A stretch of 64,000 nt of DNA from Blasia pusilla. Its lineage: Eukaryota. The position numbers were made by a program, and so were the translations under genes. Where the stretch lies: positions 36,332,001-36,396,000 of the forward strand of contig CM114271.1 in NCBI GenBank assembly GCA_050084515.1, in the 5' to 3' direction. Below the pieces are notes generated by a model. It was not told the DNA's origin. It did no database searches and was given only the letters and a program-made list of their open reading frames with translations. This document shows, one piece after another, positions 39,545-55,610 of the stretch. Numbering within the stretch: position 1 is the stretch's first letter; every line of letters begins with the position of its first letter.

Positions 39545-40495
39545 GCTCAAAATCCATATCAAGCACTTCAGGTCCATCGCCTAACCCAAGACATGACGTC
39601 GTGATGCCTCTGATAGTGACAGTACTACCGTCACTCCTGTGGGGAATCCCATCGCTCGCTCTCGCTCATCGGCGTTGGGCTCCACCAACCTTTGTACCTT
39701 GTCATCCCAAACCAAGCCAGGTCCGGCCTCCTTGAATGCATAGTAAGTGGGAAAACTCACCAATGTGGGAAAGGCTGCCCGTGGCATGCCAATCTGTTGA
39801 CCACAGTCAATGGCGATCGATCTTCTAGCCTCACTGCCTATGATTGACGGCTCGGATTCAATATAGAATCCACCAACAAATCGGAGGGCCACTCCAATCT
39901 TGCATATGCCCTCCGCAACACCTTGTGTGGTACCAAGTTGGTACACCAAAGACGCGGGCAATGTGCTTGTGAACCCACACTTGCCGCATCCAAAAAAACT
40001 GTCAGGTCGATCCATGCGCGCACCTGATGTGCACTTGTCACCATACGGGACCTCGAATCGCCCAAAATTGGTACATTCTCTAGAATCTATGTTGGAGGAC
40101 AAGACTGATGCTCCTGCAAGTGTCGCAAGATCCGCATCATCTCCCAAAACAATATGGACTGAGAGTCAGCTAATCCACTACCCTGTCCAGCACTCGATTG
40201 GCCCTGACATGGCCAACCAGCAATGACCAAGTCTATGGTCCCTACCCGCTCCAAGTCTTGCGCCCCCAACAATGAAATGTCCCTCGGTAGGGAACTCTGG
40301 TAATCCTGAATGGCGGACGCACACAACATGTCGGGAAAATGGAGGCGTAACTGTGCCACATGGTGAAGTGAAGCGCGCCTCACAACATCATCAATCTCCA
40401 CATACAGGTACTGCTGCACGCACACTCCCAACCTCCAAAACAGCAGCTAACCCAATGCTGATCACTACAAAGAGATCCAACACCCGAATACCCTC
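39545..40495 (-). pseudogene. DNMT3-like C5 cytosine methyltransferase domain inside pol
   Basis: Motif I IRVLDLFVVISIG; II YLYVEID; IV IDLVIAGWPCQGQS (catalytic Cys 40207-40209); SILFWEMMRIL; VI ILENV (40086-40072); VIII LDAASVGSQAHCPRLWCTNL; IX-X ERERAMGFPTGVT..SEASRRHVLG*AMDL. Confidence 0.92.
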
Positions 40496-40889
40496 CTCTG
40501 GATGCACCACACAATTGGGGTGGTGTCCAAAGGGGTCATAACAACACTCCTGGCGACGTGGGGTTCCTTTGACCCCTCACACTCTGGTGCAAACATCTCA
40601 CTCCACGCGGTCTGCACATGCTCAATGGCTAAGCGTCGAAGCTCCTTAATCGAGCTCCAAAGCGGCACCTCTCCTCCACGGATTGATGCGGCTACCATGA
40701 CACTCCTCTCCATAGAAATGTCAAGAGCAAGAGTATCCTCTGCATGGACATGTCCCTCAATCAAATCACTAGGCCATGTGATGGCACTGCTAAATGTTGC
40801 TAAGGTCGCCATCTCTCCTGGCCCTCACTCGATCACTGCACATATGAATCAAACGGGTAATGAGCTAAGGCGCCCATCACCTGACTGCC

Positions 40890-41420
40890 ATCATGGTTTG
40901 TAGGACGATGACTCCTCCCAATAATCCAAGAAAAAACCCATCGGGTATAACACTGCTCTATCAACCAAAACGTTGTAGGACTCTGCATCAATCATTATCG
41001 CCTTGGCTCGCACCACGGACTCATCTGTAGGATGTCTTGGGAAAATCCTCACCACAACCTCTTGTTGGGTGATATATTGTGGTCCACCCAAGGATGTCTA
41101 TATTCGGAATGGACAATGCTCCACATCGGCTCTCGTCAAGCCCAATCCTCTAAATGACATTTTCCCCAACATTAGGGGTTGTGCTCCTGAATCCAACAAG
41201 ATGCACGACGGACTAAAAGCTCTACCTCCTGGACTCACCAACTGGAAGACCTCTCCTTGGTTATCCAACAACACAACACCATGAGAAGCCATGGCACGAT
41301 CTATCGCGGGTCTAGCCGGCATCTCCGCCATCCTTACAGCCGCAATCTGCCATGAATCTGACCTGGACGGCCCGAGCATCCGCTCCAAGGGTAGGTCCAT
41401 CACCTCCATTGCAATCACCT
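40890..41420 (-). pseudogene. Retropepsin-type aspartic protease
   Basis: CILLDSGAQPLMLG (DSG at 41185-41193) and downstream YNVLVDRAVL, which reads YDVLVG in copy A. Confidence 0.85.
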
Positions 41421-44400
41421 CTAAATGTATGTAGGAACTCCAACTCCATGCTCACAAATTGTAGCGGCCATCCGTAAAACCTCAGCGGGCGTACCTCCCA
41501 ACGTCATAACATCGGAAGGAGAAAAACAAAGGAGCGCGGTACAAAATAGTGCCCGCCCCCAACAACATGCTCGACACATGCTCCTCCTGAGCATCAGCAA
41601 TAGGAGTCATCGCACTTGCTTCTCCCATCGCCCTCTATGCCAGCACACTAACAACATCACCAACTCTCCGTGAACTCTGATTAAGACCCATTGATGGGAT
41701 CCTCATCGCCTCGGACAACGTGAAGGACTGAGGAAGCCTGGTCTGTTTCGTGGCTTCTCCTTGCTGTGGATCCAACTCTACGACTGCTCCACGAGTAAAA
41801 ATTGCGGCAGCCTCCATCTGGGCAATCCCGCACATCCAACCAGGATCCTCCATATCTCTAGCTGCTCTATATGATGTCGATGCCGTGGATCCGCCATCGG
41901 GTAAGCTCAATGCCGTAGCGGCAATTTGCTCCTATAGCTGGTGTATCTGGGCAGCCATCCCAGCCTCACGCCCGGCGTCTCCCTCAATGCGTCTAGGTGG
42001 TGGGACTCTACCTCCTCCACGGGCAGCTCCACCACCTTGTCGGGCAGCTCCAGCTCCTCATTCCCCAACGGGACCACCTGATGCACGACCTCTAGGCCCA
42101 CCCGGACCAGCTACTCGCTCTAGTGCCCTCTCCGGCCCTTGGTTTGGACGTAACTCAAGGTGTAAATTGAAACACCTTGCGCATGTGTGACCATACCTCT
42201 AACAATAGTCACATTGATAACCTCATGGTGCAACACCATCTCCTCCTCTCCTCTATGCTGAGGCATACGTCCATGACCCTGACGAGTACAATCATGCTGA
42301 TGATGGGCTCCACCACATGACCAACGAGTAATCGTAGGCGGCTACTGCTAAGCCACATATGAAGGTGCAGATCTCTGTGGCATAGCCTCCCGGTATCCTC
42401 CCTAAGCTCGTGGTGCCATAGTTGACCTATCTTGGAGTCCACGTTGCTGCACTAGTGGTGCAGACAATCATGACTGCTCTTGGCCAAAACCCATGGTGGC
42501 TTCGCTCTCCTCCGCCATGTTGTACTCAATGTTCTCGGCCGTCCTAAAAACATCTCACAACGTAGTGAAGGTGTTCATAAGAAGCACCCCCTCCCGCACA
42601 CGTGTCCGTAGGATCTGGTCCAGCATTGGTACCATGACTAGATAGCTTGAGCCTTTGTCACCCCGTGAATCACATTGATCAACCGGCGCAAGCGAGTGTA
42701 AGCCTCACGCAAACTCTCACGTGGGTGCCTCTAAAAGTCGTGGATGCTCCACAACTTCTCCTGCGTACCCCCTGGTAGTTCGCCCTCAACTCAGCGAAGA
42801 ACTCAACCACGGGGTTCAACCTGGGACAAACCCGACTAGATGGTGCAACTACTCCAATGCGAGTGATCCCTCCTAAAAAATCACTAGTGGAAGAGGAAGT
42901 AGCCTCTTCTGACTCCTCCTCCTCATCTGGGAACTGCTCCGTCCATGACACATAGTATGGGTCATAGTAGAGTCACCATGCCTCAATCTCCTCGGCATAT
43001 CTGTGGGAGAACTCATGGTAATCGTCCATGGGCGCCCCCTCTAAATGTTGGAACATACCATTCCATACTACAAATGGGTTGAACTCTCTAGAGTTCCTAG
43101 CCCGTTGTGAGTCACACCAACTCCTAAACTCCGTGATGAAGTCGTGCAACTCTATCGTGTCTAATGCACCTAAGAACCTACATGGTCCTCTACACCAGTC
43201 GTCCATCTCATACACCCAACTGGTAGGACCACTCAATATGTATGGTGGATCACTAACACACTCCTCTACATGCTCCCCCTCGTCTAAAGATGACACAGAA
43301 GGAGATCGAGGTGGTCTCTCACGTGGAGACCCTCAAAACCTCGCACCACTCCGGGTAAACCCTCCAGAGCTACTCTCAGGTCCACTATCTCGCCTCTTAA
43401 AATCCTGAAAGGACGTCATGATGACCCTCGTGCCCCTCTCTTGCAATCACTCTCAACCTCATGCCTAATCACTCGATCACTCGATCTAACATGCGGCACT
43501 CAATTTACACTCTCTCACTAAGATATGTACTGTGCGGCAACAAGCGGCGTGGTGCGGTAATCGGCTGCCGTCTTATCATTTCATCAACAAGACATACCCT
43601 CAACTCTAGATATCCCATACAGGTCTATGTCCCCTAAACCCATACATCATCGATGCTCTCACCATCAGCACGAAACCCAATATCCCAAATAACTTCCCAA
43701 TATCCGGAATTCCCTCACACGAGCAAGGTAAGAGACCAGAACGGGTAACCTGACAATAATATAGATGTTGCTTGTCGGAAACTGAAAATCTTGACCCCAA
43801 CTCGGTCATGAAGATAACTTCTCCAATCAGCAAGTCGTACTCCTCTCGTACTGATGCTACTCAAACCTCCTCAATATGCGGTGCGGATCACGGAACAGCT
43901 ACAGAATGGCACGACACTCAATAATAGGATGTGGAACTCCGCGGCATACCCTCCTCAATCAACAATACACACGCTTTGCTCCTTAGTGAAGGAGCGGCTC
44001 CGTGATCAAGATGGTGCAGTGCGGCCACGAGCGGCACGGCGCGGAAATCGGCGGCCCGTTGCGACTACGGGCGTCACGGCACGGTACTCACTGGTTGATG
44101 ACAAAACTGCGATGACGGTGGCGGCCAAAACAAAGAATCAACGATTGTCGTGGAAGACCCTCCACTCCGTAATGGCGGCAATGGCAACCAAGGGTGGACA
44201 ATGGCCGAACGTAGCTCTGAGCAGCGCTAGGCCGCGGTGGCAGCCGACGATGGACGGTGGACCATTGACGGTGATTTTTTACCATTGACTATTGATTTTT
44301 AATGGCAGACCGTTGACGGTGACTATGACGGCGACAGCGGCTGGTTTAGGGTTTGAACAATTTAACCCTAAAAATTGCCTAGTAATGGCAATTTTGCAAG

Positions 44401-44528
44401 ATTGACCATAACTTTTTTGCTCAATCCAAATTGTGTACCGTCTCTTGCATAGCATGCATAGCTTCATGATCTAAAATAATATCAAAAAATATTTTGAATT
44501 TGACATTCTAGAAAAAATTGACGGGGAT

Positions 44529-45407
44529 TGTCGTAAATCCCAATGTCTCTTCTCCTACATAAATTTTGGCAGCGCTTCCGCGCTTATTTCTTCCAACAAA
44601 AATGTAAAACCTATGAAAATACAAATGAGCAAGCTACATGATGCTCCCGAGAGCACTGGCATGGGGCAATCCGCCCCCATATTCAATCCCTATCAAAAAT
44701 TGGCTAGCGCTTCCGCGCGCCACTCTTCCACACAAAAAATTGACAAAGGAAACATCACAAGTAAGTGGCTCTTGCTCCGGTGAGCACTCCCATGAACCGC
44801 TGAATGGGGAATATGATCCCCAACCTGCAAAATCAGCGAGTGACCAGCGAGCTAACCCATGAAGCTCTCTCACTCACTCATTCTCTCTTTGTAAATCAAG
44901 ATCCAATCTCTCTCAACACCATAGCTCTCAAATGTGTGCACTCTCTCATGTCTCTCTCAATATCAAACCAAACCCACTCTCCTAATGAGAGGCTTGGGTT
45001 ACACACACAAGGCAAGCAAGACCATAGCTCCGCCGCCTCATGCCAAGAGGTTCAACAAAGAGGGAATGAGCTCTCAAACTCTCTCTCCTTGAGGTATACC
45101 CCTCCCCTCTCCCAAACTCTCTCCATGGTAACCTATGCTCCCAAGTCACCTCCTTGGCTCTTGACCTAATCTAGGAGGTCAAGGGCCACTTACCAAAAAT
45201 ATAAATTCGACCATATACTGAAAATGGTACTTACCTAAAATAGTAAGTTATTTAATATGGCTCCAAATGAGCCGAAACGAAGGGGAAACCTGCTCTCTCA
45301 GGTTTCCCGGGGCCTTAGTAGATCATCCTCAACCTCATGAGTCTGTCCTCCACTACTTCCAAAGGCACTCTACTAGATCTCATCAATCTATCTTAAAAGA
45401 CGTGACA
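44529..45407 (-). repeat. Candidate 5' LTR of copy D (879 bp)
   Basis: Minus strand starts TGTCACG and ends TACGACA. 45330-45407 is a direct repeat of 34758-34835. No canonical tRNA primer-binding site was recognised. Confidence 0.6.
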
Positions 45408-48400
45408 CACGTAGCCGGGAAGGCCTGAGAGGAGGAAGCCTCCACATAGGGAGACGTGCGGAAAACGTGGACTTAGAGAGACGTGGCTAGGGGCGTCGTG
45501 TCCGGTCTCACCATATATGTGGCCACGCTACCTGGTGAGACCAGACAGTGTTGGACAAACGTGGTTGAGCGGCGGATAGGATTGAAGACTAGACGTGGTA
45601 GAGCCAAACGTAGTCGATTGGTTGACATTGTTGGAAGTCGGACATTATAGAGCGAGCTCACCTTGGATTTTTCAGAGTTGAGATTTTTCCGTCCACCTTA
45701 ATTCACACTCCATTGGCAATGGTTTTTTGTTGTTTGTTGCGAATTAGGAGTGAGATGGGTTGTCCATACCGACAGTTTGCAATGAAGAGCTTTTTGATAG
45801 AGTGGTAGGGTTGGAGACACATGCGCTGATGTCGACGAGTAGTCCGCATCTGCTGACGGGAGGCTCAATGCGTGTTCGAGGAGAGTGTCATGTTGTGGAG
45901 GTTGCTGCATCACATGGAGGAGTGTTGACATGCAGTGTTGACGTGTAATAGATTGATGGTGGGCGTGTTCAGGTTATCCATTCGAGTCCCTTTTCCCGCA
46001 CTTATCTTGTGTGATTGAGAGTGTTGGGCATCAAGTTGTTTCTGGTGCTAGATGGGTGTAGCAATGGTCATGAGTGTAGTCTCTATGCATATGTAGCATG
46101 TTTGTGGATATACGGCAGTTGCTGAGTAAGGGTGGCGTGTATGACCCAAGAGTGTCAGTAGTTTAGGTGAGTTAGTTGGGAGGCTCATGGTGAGCCCGAC
46201 TGTTGAGTGTGCGTGAGGCTGGGTGTGTCATCACGGGGTTGGCATTACCGTAGGTGAGCTAGTGAGAAGTGTAGAAGACTTTTGGTGGGTCCTCGGGTGG
46301 GTCTGAGTGCTTGAGCGAGGTAGAGAGGGTTGTCATCACGACGTTCTTCCAAGGTTCGGAAGAATGGGATAGTACGAGCAATGGTAGTGGAGTGACACGG
46401 AGTGGCGTGAGGTATCAAGGTGTTTCTTTCACCCTGACTCGCATGCGTGGTTGGATCGTCATCACTAGACATCAGGTCTGGTGATGAGATCACAGACAGG
46501 GATAGTGATACGTGGAGAGAGATGAACGACATGGGCCATCGGGGCATGCATCATTCCTCGGGTGTGATAGGCACCATAGACCTTGATGATTTCATCCACA
46601 AGTTTGCCACATGGTGCGACTACGGAAGATCCGAACCCCTACGGGGTTCAACCCTTTCATGGCGTGGAAGGGTATGTTCCAACATTTTGAGGGTCCTCTG
46701 ATGGATGACTATATGGAGTTCCTATCTTTATACTCAGTAGAGATCAATGCCTTGAGGGTGTAATGGGCTCGAGGGTATGTGTCCACTAGTGGCCGCGAGG
46801 CGTATGATGGGATAGTGAGGGCAGAGAGACCTACACCATCAACCCGGGGACTAGATGGAGAGGATGGCAGTGAGAGTGGTGAGGTGGCAGAGACCTCTCG
46901 TGGTATAGGACCATCGAGTTTCAGTCCTATAGTAGAGTTCTTCCAACAGTTGGGGAGGAGTTACTAGGGTGTGCAGACCGACAAGTTGAAGAGTCTATAG
47001 GATTTTCAGCGGAGATTGGTCAAGAGTTTGAGGGAGGCGTTCATGGGCATGCGATGATTGATCATTGCCACATATAGGGTGACTAAGGCGCAGCCAGTAT
47101 AGTATTGGTACATGATGCTCGACCAGGAGCTATATATGGAAAAGAGTTCGGGATGCGATGTTGCTTCACACGGAAAAGCCCACATTGAAGGTGGTCTTCG
47201 AGTTGTCTAAGTGGATAGAGCTCAACATGAGTGAGGAGCAGGTGGTGACCATGGGAATTTCATGAGATTCGCCGAGTCCCTGAGTAAGAGTAGACCCATA
47301 GGTGCTCCAACATGCACTAGTACCACAAGAGCGGGCCAGTGGGCTCAAAGAGCAAGGCGAGTATCGTGAGCCGATAAGGCAACGGCCCGTACCGACATAT
47401 GTTACCTAGCAGGGACCAAAGTGGGCTTGTTGGACGTATGGTGGGCCACATAGGCAGAGGGAGTGCCCACAATATGGTAGAGGGCGGAGGGTGCCTTTGA
47501 TTGCCCAGGAGCCACCTAGGATGGCCCCACCACAGTTGCAGTGTGATCATTGTCATTGATATGGTCACACTAGGGATAGGTATTTTGATCTTCGTCAGGA
47601 GGTACGTCCAAAGGTAGGTAGAGGACCTGCGGGTGAGAGAGTTGGTGGAGATCGAGTAGTGGATGATTGTGGTGGAAGAGTTCCATCTCCAATCATAGGA
47701 GATGGAGGACGTGCACCCGATGCAATGCTCCTTATTTGCATCGATCAGTTGGAGTAGAGGATTGTTGCCATAATGATGATGCAGCTAAGGGCAGGCACGA
47801 AGCTGAGAGTAGCTAGTGTGGCGCCAACCTCCACATCTTACCACGATGCTAGTGAGGTTTCTACTGGTATGGGATTTATATGTAGTGCGGCTCAGGTTGA
47901 GGCTTATGCGATGGTGCCTCCAAGTGCTGCGAGAGTAACCGATCCATCCAAAGGTGGGGTTGAGATTGACCTAGAGGAGGAGACCGATGGGCGGCAAGCC
48001 AGGGTTCCACACTCGTTCACGTTTTTGGAGACACTTCATACATCGTCGATGGTGCCTCGACAACCTGTAGTGCCCACGTGTGGGACAAGTGCGTCGACAT
48101 CATGAGGATTTGGAGAGATGATTGCTATGCCGGCTCAGGTGGAGCCAGTGTCAACCAGGTTGTTGGAGGTGGCCACTAGGGTGAGCCAGACTCCATTGTT
48201 TTATGCCATGGAATTGGCGAAGTTGGGAGTCGGATCAGCAAAGATGTTCTGGTTGGCCGCTACATTGTGTGAGCGTGGAGAGATAACTGCCTCTCGTTCA
48301 AAGGTAGTTGAAGAGGTGGTGGACTTACCCTTGGAGGAGGTGCTCGGGACATCCCCCACTCAATCATGGCATGCCGCGGTAGAAAAGTTGGTAGATATGC

Positions 48401-49539
48401 CAGCTAGGCCAATGATAGAGCGAGCCATGGTCACACTAGGTGTGGTGTTATTGGATAACCAAGCTGGAGTGTTTTGCTTGGTTAGTCCCAAACATACGGT
48501 GTATCACCCGTAGCGTGTCCTACATGATCCGGGAGTGCAACCCTTGATGTTAGGGAAGGCGGAGTGTTTGGCGTTGGGGTTACAGAAAGGCGACATTGAG
48601 CGTTGTCCCTTTCGGATACAAACCTCTATTGGGGGCGTATCACCCATGTAGTACATGACTTGACAGGAGTTGCTGGTTAGACTCCAGCCAGAGCATGAGT
48701 AAGATGGTGCGATGGTGCGCACTCGGGCGATTACGACACTGGCAAAGTCGTGTGATGTGTTGGTAGGGAGTACGGTGTTGTATCCCATGGGTTTCATCTT
48801 GGATTTTTGGGAGGAGAAAGTCACATGATCGACGAGGGTGGTGATCAGGTGATGGACGGGTGAGCCATCTACCGGTGCAGTTTGTAAGGGGTAGTGGCGG
48901 TCGACCACGTGAGGATACGGTGACCACGTTGGCAACATTTAGAGGTGGTGTAAGTTGATCAAGAGGTTTCGGGGAGAGGAGCACACATGCGTAGGACATT
49001 TCCGTAGCGGATAGTCCCACGGAGAGACATGCCGGGGTGGGTGTCTCTTCCCATGATGTAGAGCTTCTTTATCGTTGTTGGGGATGAGCGTTGAGTTGCG
49101 TGGAGTGTAGATGAGCTCGTGAGGCAGGCGTGGAGCCATGCCTGTGTCTTGTAGCAGATAGAGTCAAGTGACGGTCGTGCTCTTGGGGTGGAGACTTCAT
49201 ATCTTTGGGTACCACACGTGTTGTGTGGGAGCGTTTGGAGCAAGGTAAGAGAGTGTTAGATCTCTTCGGAGGGATCAACACGGCGGGTTGTTGCAGTGTT
49301 GTAGTGTTGCGGGGACGACGACACTAATGGTGCTAGATGTGTATGGGATAGTAGATCATGTCATGTACATAGGTGTTTACTATCTAGAGTTAGGGGGGCG
49401 GTTGTGGGGTCTCGATGTATATGTGTGAGTTTTTTTGATTTATGGATGGATCGACTCGTGTGTTAGGAAGATCAGTGTTGTGTGGTGTGTAGATGTGACT
49501 AGCGATGTGGGTTGTGTAGCGATGTGTATGTGCACGACA
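45408..49539 (+). mobile_element. Gypsy copy E: internally deleted (leader, gag, protease, DNMT motif I, 3' terminus)
   Basis: Gag 46330-47760; protease region 48430-48825; LGTTRVVWERLEQGKRVLDLFGGINT at about 49205-49282; purine tract agagttaggggggcgg followed by a TG...CA unit at 49403-49539. Confidence 0.87.
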
Positions 49540-50834
49540 GTGCAGAACACAATATTTTTTGCAGCCGTACCACAATGTTCCAGCGCATCCATACTATGAC
49601 GTGGAGAAATATTACTGGATGAATAATTTCGAGGTTAGGCTTTCAACATGTTAGCTGTCAATCTATATTCACCATCTTTATTTATTCGTCATAGCTCTTA
49701 CATTCTGCGTGGCTTCCTTCTTATGTAACCGAAGGATTTGGCTTCTTGTATTGAATCCTCTAGTGCGTCTTCTTGTGTTCTTCTTACAAAAAACTCGCCT
49801 TTAGTGTATTGTTGAACCGTTCTGTAGCGCGTCGTTGCACTTTGTATCGGCTTAGGTATTATGGCATTTTGCACTCTGGATCGGGTTAGTATTATGACAC
49901 CGTGTAGGTGGTTATTTCAATACAACATCTGTTTTGTTATTCAATGCAAGTAATTTTTATTATTTTGCTTTGTATACTAGCATTTTATTGTATGCCATTC
50001 TATTTTTTTCATCTTAAGATGAAATATATATCAAACTTTGTAGTTTATTTAGTATAACTTAATCCATAAGTTTATATGGGTTGAACTCCGCGGAGAACCC
50101 CTCCGTTCATGGAAACATCCGGACACAACAAAAGGCCTTAGGGATGGATGTATTTTCAAAAACCGGATAAACACACACTAAATTAAATTAGACGGACAGA
50201 CTCAAAATAAATGTCACACTCTTCCTCATACTCCCTACCCTTCGCCCCTTGAGATGGGACGTGTAATAGGATGCATGACATGTACACCACCACAACCTTT
50301 ACTCCTCGTGCTCTTTTACCGTCTATGGCGCACCCACGGACGGTAAAGCCAAGCCAACACGAAGAAGGAGAAAAGATTGTATTATGGACTTATTCATTGT
50401 AATTTTTTTTGCCTACCACACTAGTTACATTTTCGTACTCGTATTATTATTTCTTTAATAATAAGACCCACTTTTGGGGCCACCACACTAGTTCGTGCGC
50501 GCAGGGATGATACTTAGAGGTCATTCGGGATGATTGCCTTTTGACACCCCAAAAATGTCGTGAAAGTACTTCGATTTGGGCGCGCAGAGAGGAGGAGGAG
50601 GAGGAGGAGAAGTGTGAGCGCAGAGGGCTCGCCTTCGGAGTCGGTAGGCAGAACACAACGCTCGTCGCGCATCGAGACGCAAGAGCACGAAGTTCGTCAC
50701 GAGCTCCGGTCCGGTGCTCTCTTTGGGTCGGATTGCGGAGGGTGGGGTAGGAGCGAAGAAAAGAGGAGAGGATTACGAAGGGAACTCGGGGCGGCGGATT
50801 GTTGGAAGGACGGGGGGAGGGGGAAGTCGGAAGC

Positions 50835-53784
<2,950 letters not shown>

Positions 53785-55535
53785 TTTCACAAATTGTAAT
53801 CTCTTACCACGGCCAAAACACAGATGTACACTTTTTTCCAATTAACAATCGTTGGTTACCATAATAAATTTCAGGTAGGTAGTTCAACATCTGTGATGAG
53901 TCAAAAGTACTAACTGCAGGCTTGGGCATGGTTGGTGTTCATCTTGTGAATATTGAATGAGTATTCAAACTATCCATGCTGGTGAATGTAGCCTTTCTAT
54001 CTGAATTGAGATTAGTTCTCATCTCAAATACAAAAATCACTAGAAGTGTAATTTCTAATTTTGAACTTGAGAATATGTCAAGATTTACAATTCAGATATG
54101 GCAGAGTAAATGTTATACACAGTGGTGTCATTCAAAGTTTTGTGGCCAAACTCTATGATTAAGTATTAGCCTGCAGCCACCTGATCAATGCCAGTGATCG
54201 GTTCTGTTCAGGCACACCTTCAATTACCTTTTGTTATTTCGCTTCGTGATTTTAAAAGCCTAGTCCACTAGAATTTCTTTTGTGGCTTTTGCCAAAGGTG
54301 GTGCTGTATGTTTGGGCCTGTAGCGATGGGGATTTTGTGATCTTGAGCCACCTGGGCCTCGGATGGAGTCCAGTCTCTGTATATCAAAATCTCATAAACC
54401 TATGTTTGCCACCATAGTATCAGGATCAGGATACTTTGTGAAGTTGTCTCCTAGTGGTTGGGATAGTGCCTTGAGGTTGTGTTATTTTCCTTTTTCTTGA
54501 TTTGTTTCAAGCAGTCATTTGGCCTGATCCTCATGTACCTTGCTCCATCTCTTGCCACCACCTGTAGTTGGATCTCTTCGCATGACAAAATTTTGGCATC
54601 GATTGTGTAGGTTAAGTGCAAGGTTGGGAAGTGATTGTTATGAAGAAGTGTGAGTGGTTGTACTCGCAGAATTGCTCATGAGCCTGGATGACCTTAAAAA
54701 AGTTTATCTCGTAAGTTAGATCTGACTGGATGCGGGGCCTTTTGATTATTTTGAAGAATGTATCTTTGCCTAATGTGAAAAGCATCTCGTAAGAGCCAAG
54801 TAAGGGTAGTTTGCATCTCTGTTGAGTGGGAACCTTACGATCCTATCATTGCATCTTGTTGAATGGGCTTAATCCTAAGGTTTTCATGTTCTGTGGACAT
54901 CTTCAAAAGTGACCCTGTGTCTCCAAGTGACTTTGAAGAATATTGCACTCTGTGTAGGCACCCTGTCTAATGGAGGTAATCCTGACATTTCCATTGTGGC
55001 TGGACTGGAACCTGTTGAGAACAGTGGCACAGATAAAGCGTGCAAACTTAAGGCCTATCCCCGCATCTTGGACTTGTGAAATTATGTAGGGTGATTGGCT
55101 CTGATTCCAACAGACAAAGTTCAGGTGGAGAAACTCCCGAAAGTTGAGGTTTCTCACTGAGCCCGTTGGATAAAAGCTTTCTGAACGAACGGCTTCCTGG
55201 TCCTGACTTCGAAGGTTAGCAAAAGAGTTTTGTAAACTATATGTTAGTCTCTTACCGTCTTGAAAGCGATCCTTCAGCCACACTTTGTCACATGGGGCAA
55301 CTCTCCCGTCACCGGATAACATTGTGATTGTTGGGGACACTTGAGAGCAATGCAAGCTCGAGGAGTGACGCTTTCTTATGAGAAAACTCAACGTCATAAA
55401 TCATGCCAATTCCTACACCGTTGACACAACAGAAATCCAACCATTGATGAACTATGATGTGACATTTGATATTGAAGAGGCAATGTCAAAAAACTTCGCT
55501 TGAATCTAACATTAACTTATGTCAGAAGTTGAACT

Positions 55536-55610
55536 TGACAATAACTCATGGCATTCATGCATTGCACAAACAAGTCTTGTGCAATGCATTAATGCCATGA
55601 GTTATTGTCA
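55536..55610. repeat. Near-perfect 75-nt hairpin (34-bp arms, one mismatch, 7-nt loop)
   Basis: tgacaataactcatggcattcatgcattgcacaa / acaagtc / ttgtgcaatgcattaatgccatgagttattgtca. Confidence 0.9.

Larger units (their letters stand above)
34760..45407 (-). mobile_element. Gypsy copy D: near full-length Ty3/Gypsy LTR retrotransposon encoding gag-PR-DNMT-RT-RH-INT-PHD (inactivated)
   Basis: Domain order on the - strand: gag 43300-42150, protease 41420-40890, C5-MTase 40495-39545, RT-RNaseH 39130-37780, integrase 37480-35290 (interrupted), PHD 35278-35133. Candidate 5' LTR 45407-44529 (TG...CA), whose first ~77 bp recur at 34835-34760. Confidence 0.9.

Noticed and set aside
39545-40495. DNMT region as a host DNMT3/DRM gene
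   Set aside because: It is intronless, collinear with protease and RT, repeated in several TE copies, and has unpermuted motif order (unlike DRM).
44510-44528. rRNA-like motif aattgacgggg next to the LTR end
   Set aside because: An 11-nt match only, with no flanking rRNA similarity.
54903-55397. 164-aa minus-strand ORF after RPT3
   Set aside because: No recognisable motifs or splice support.
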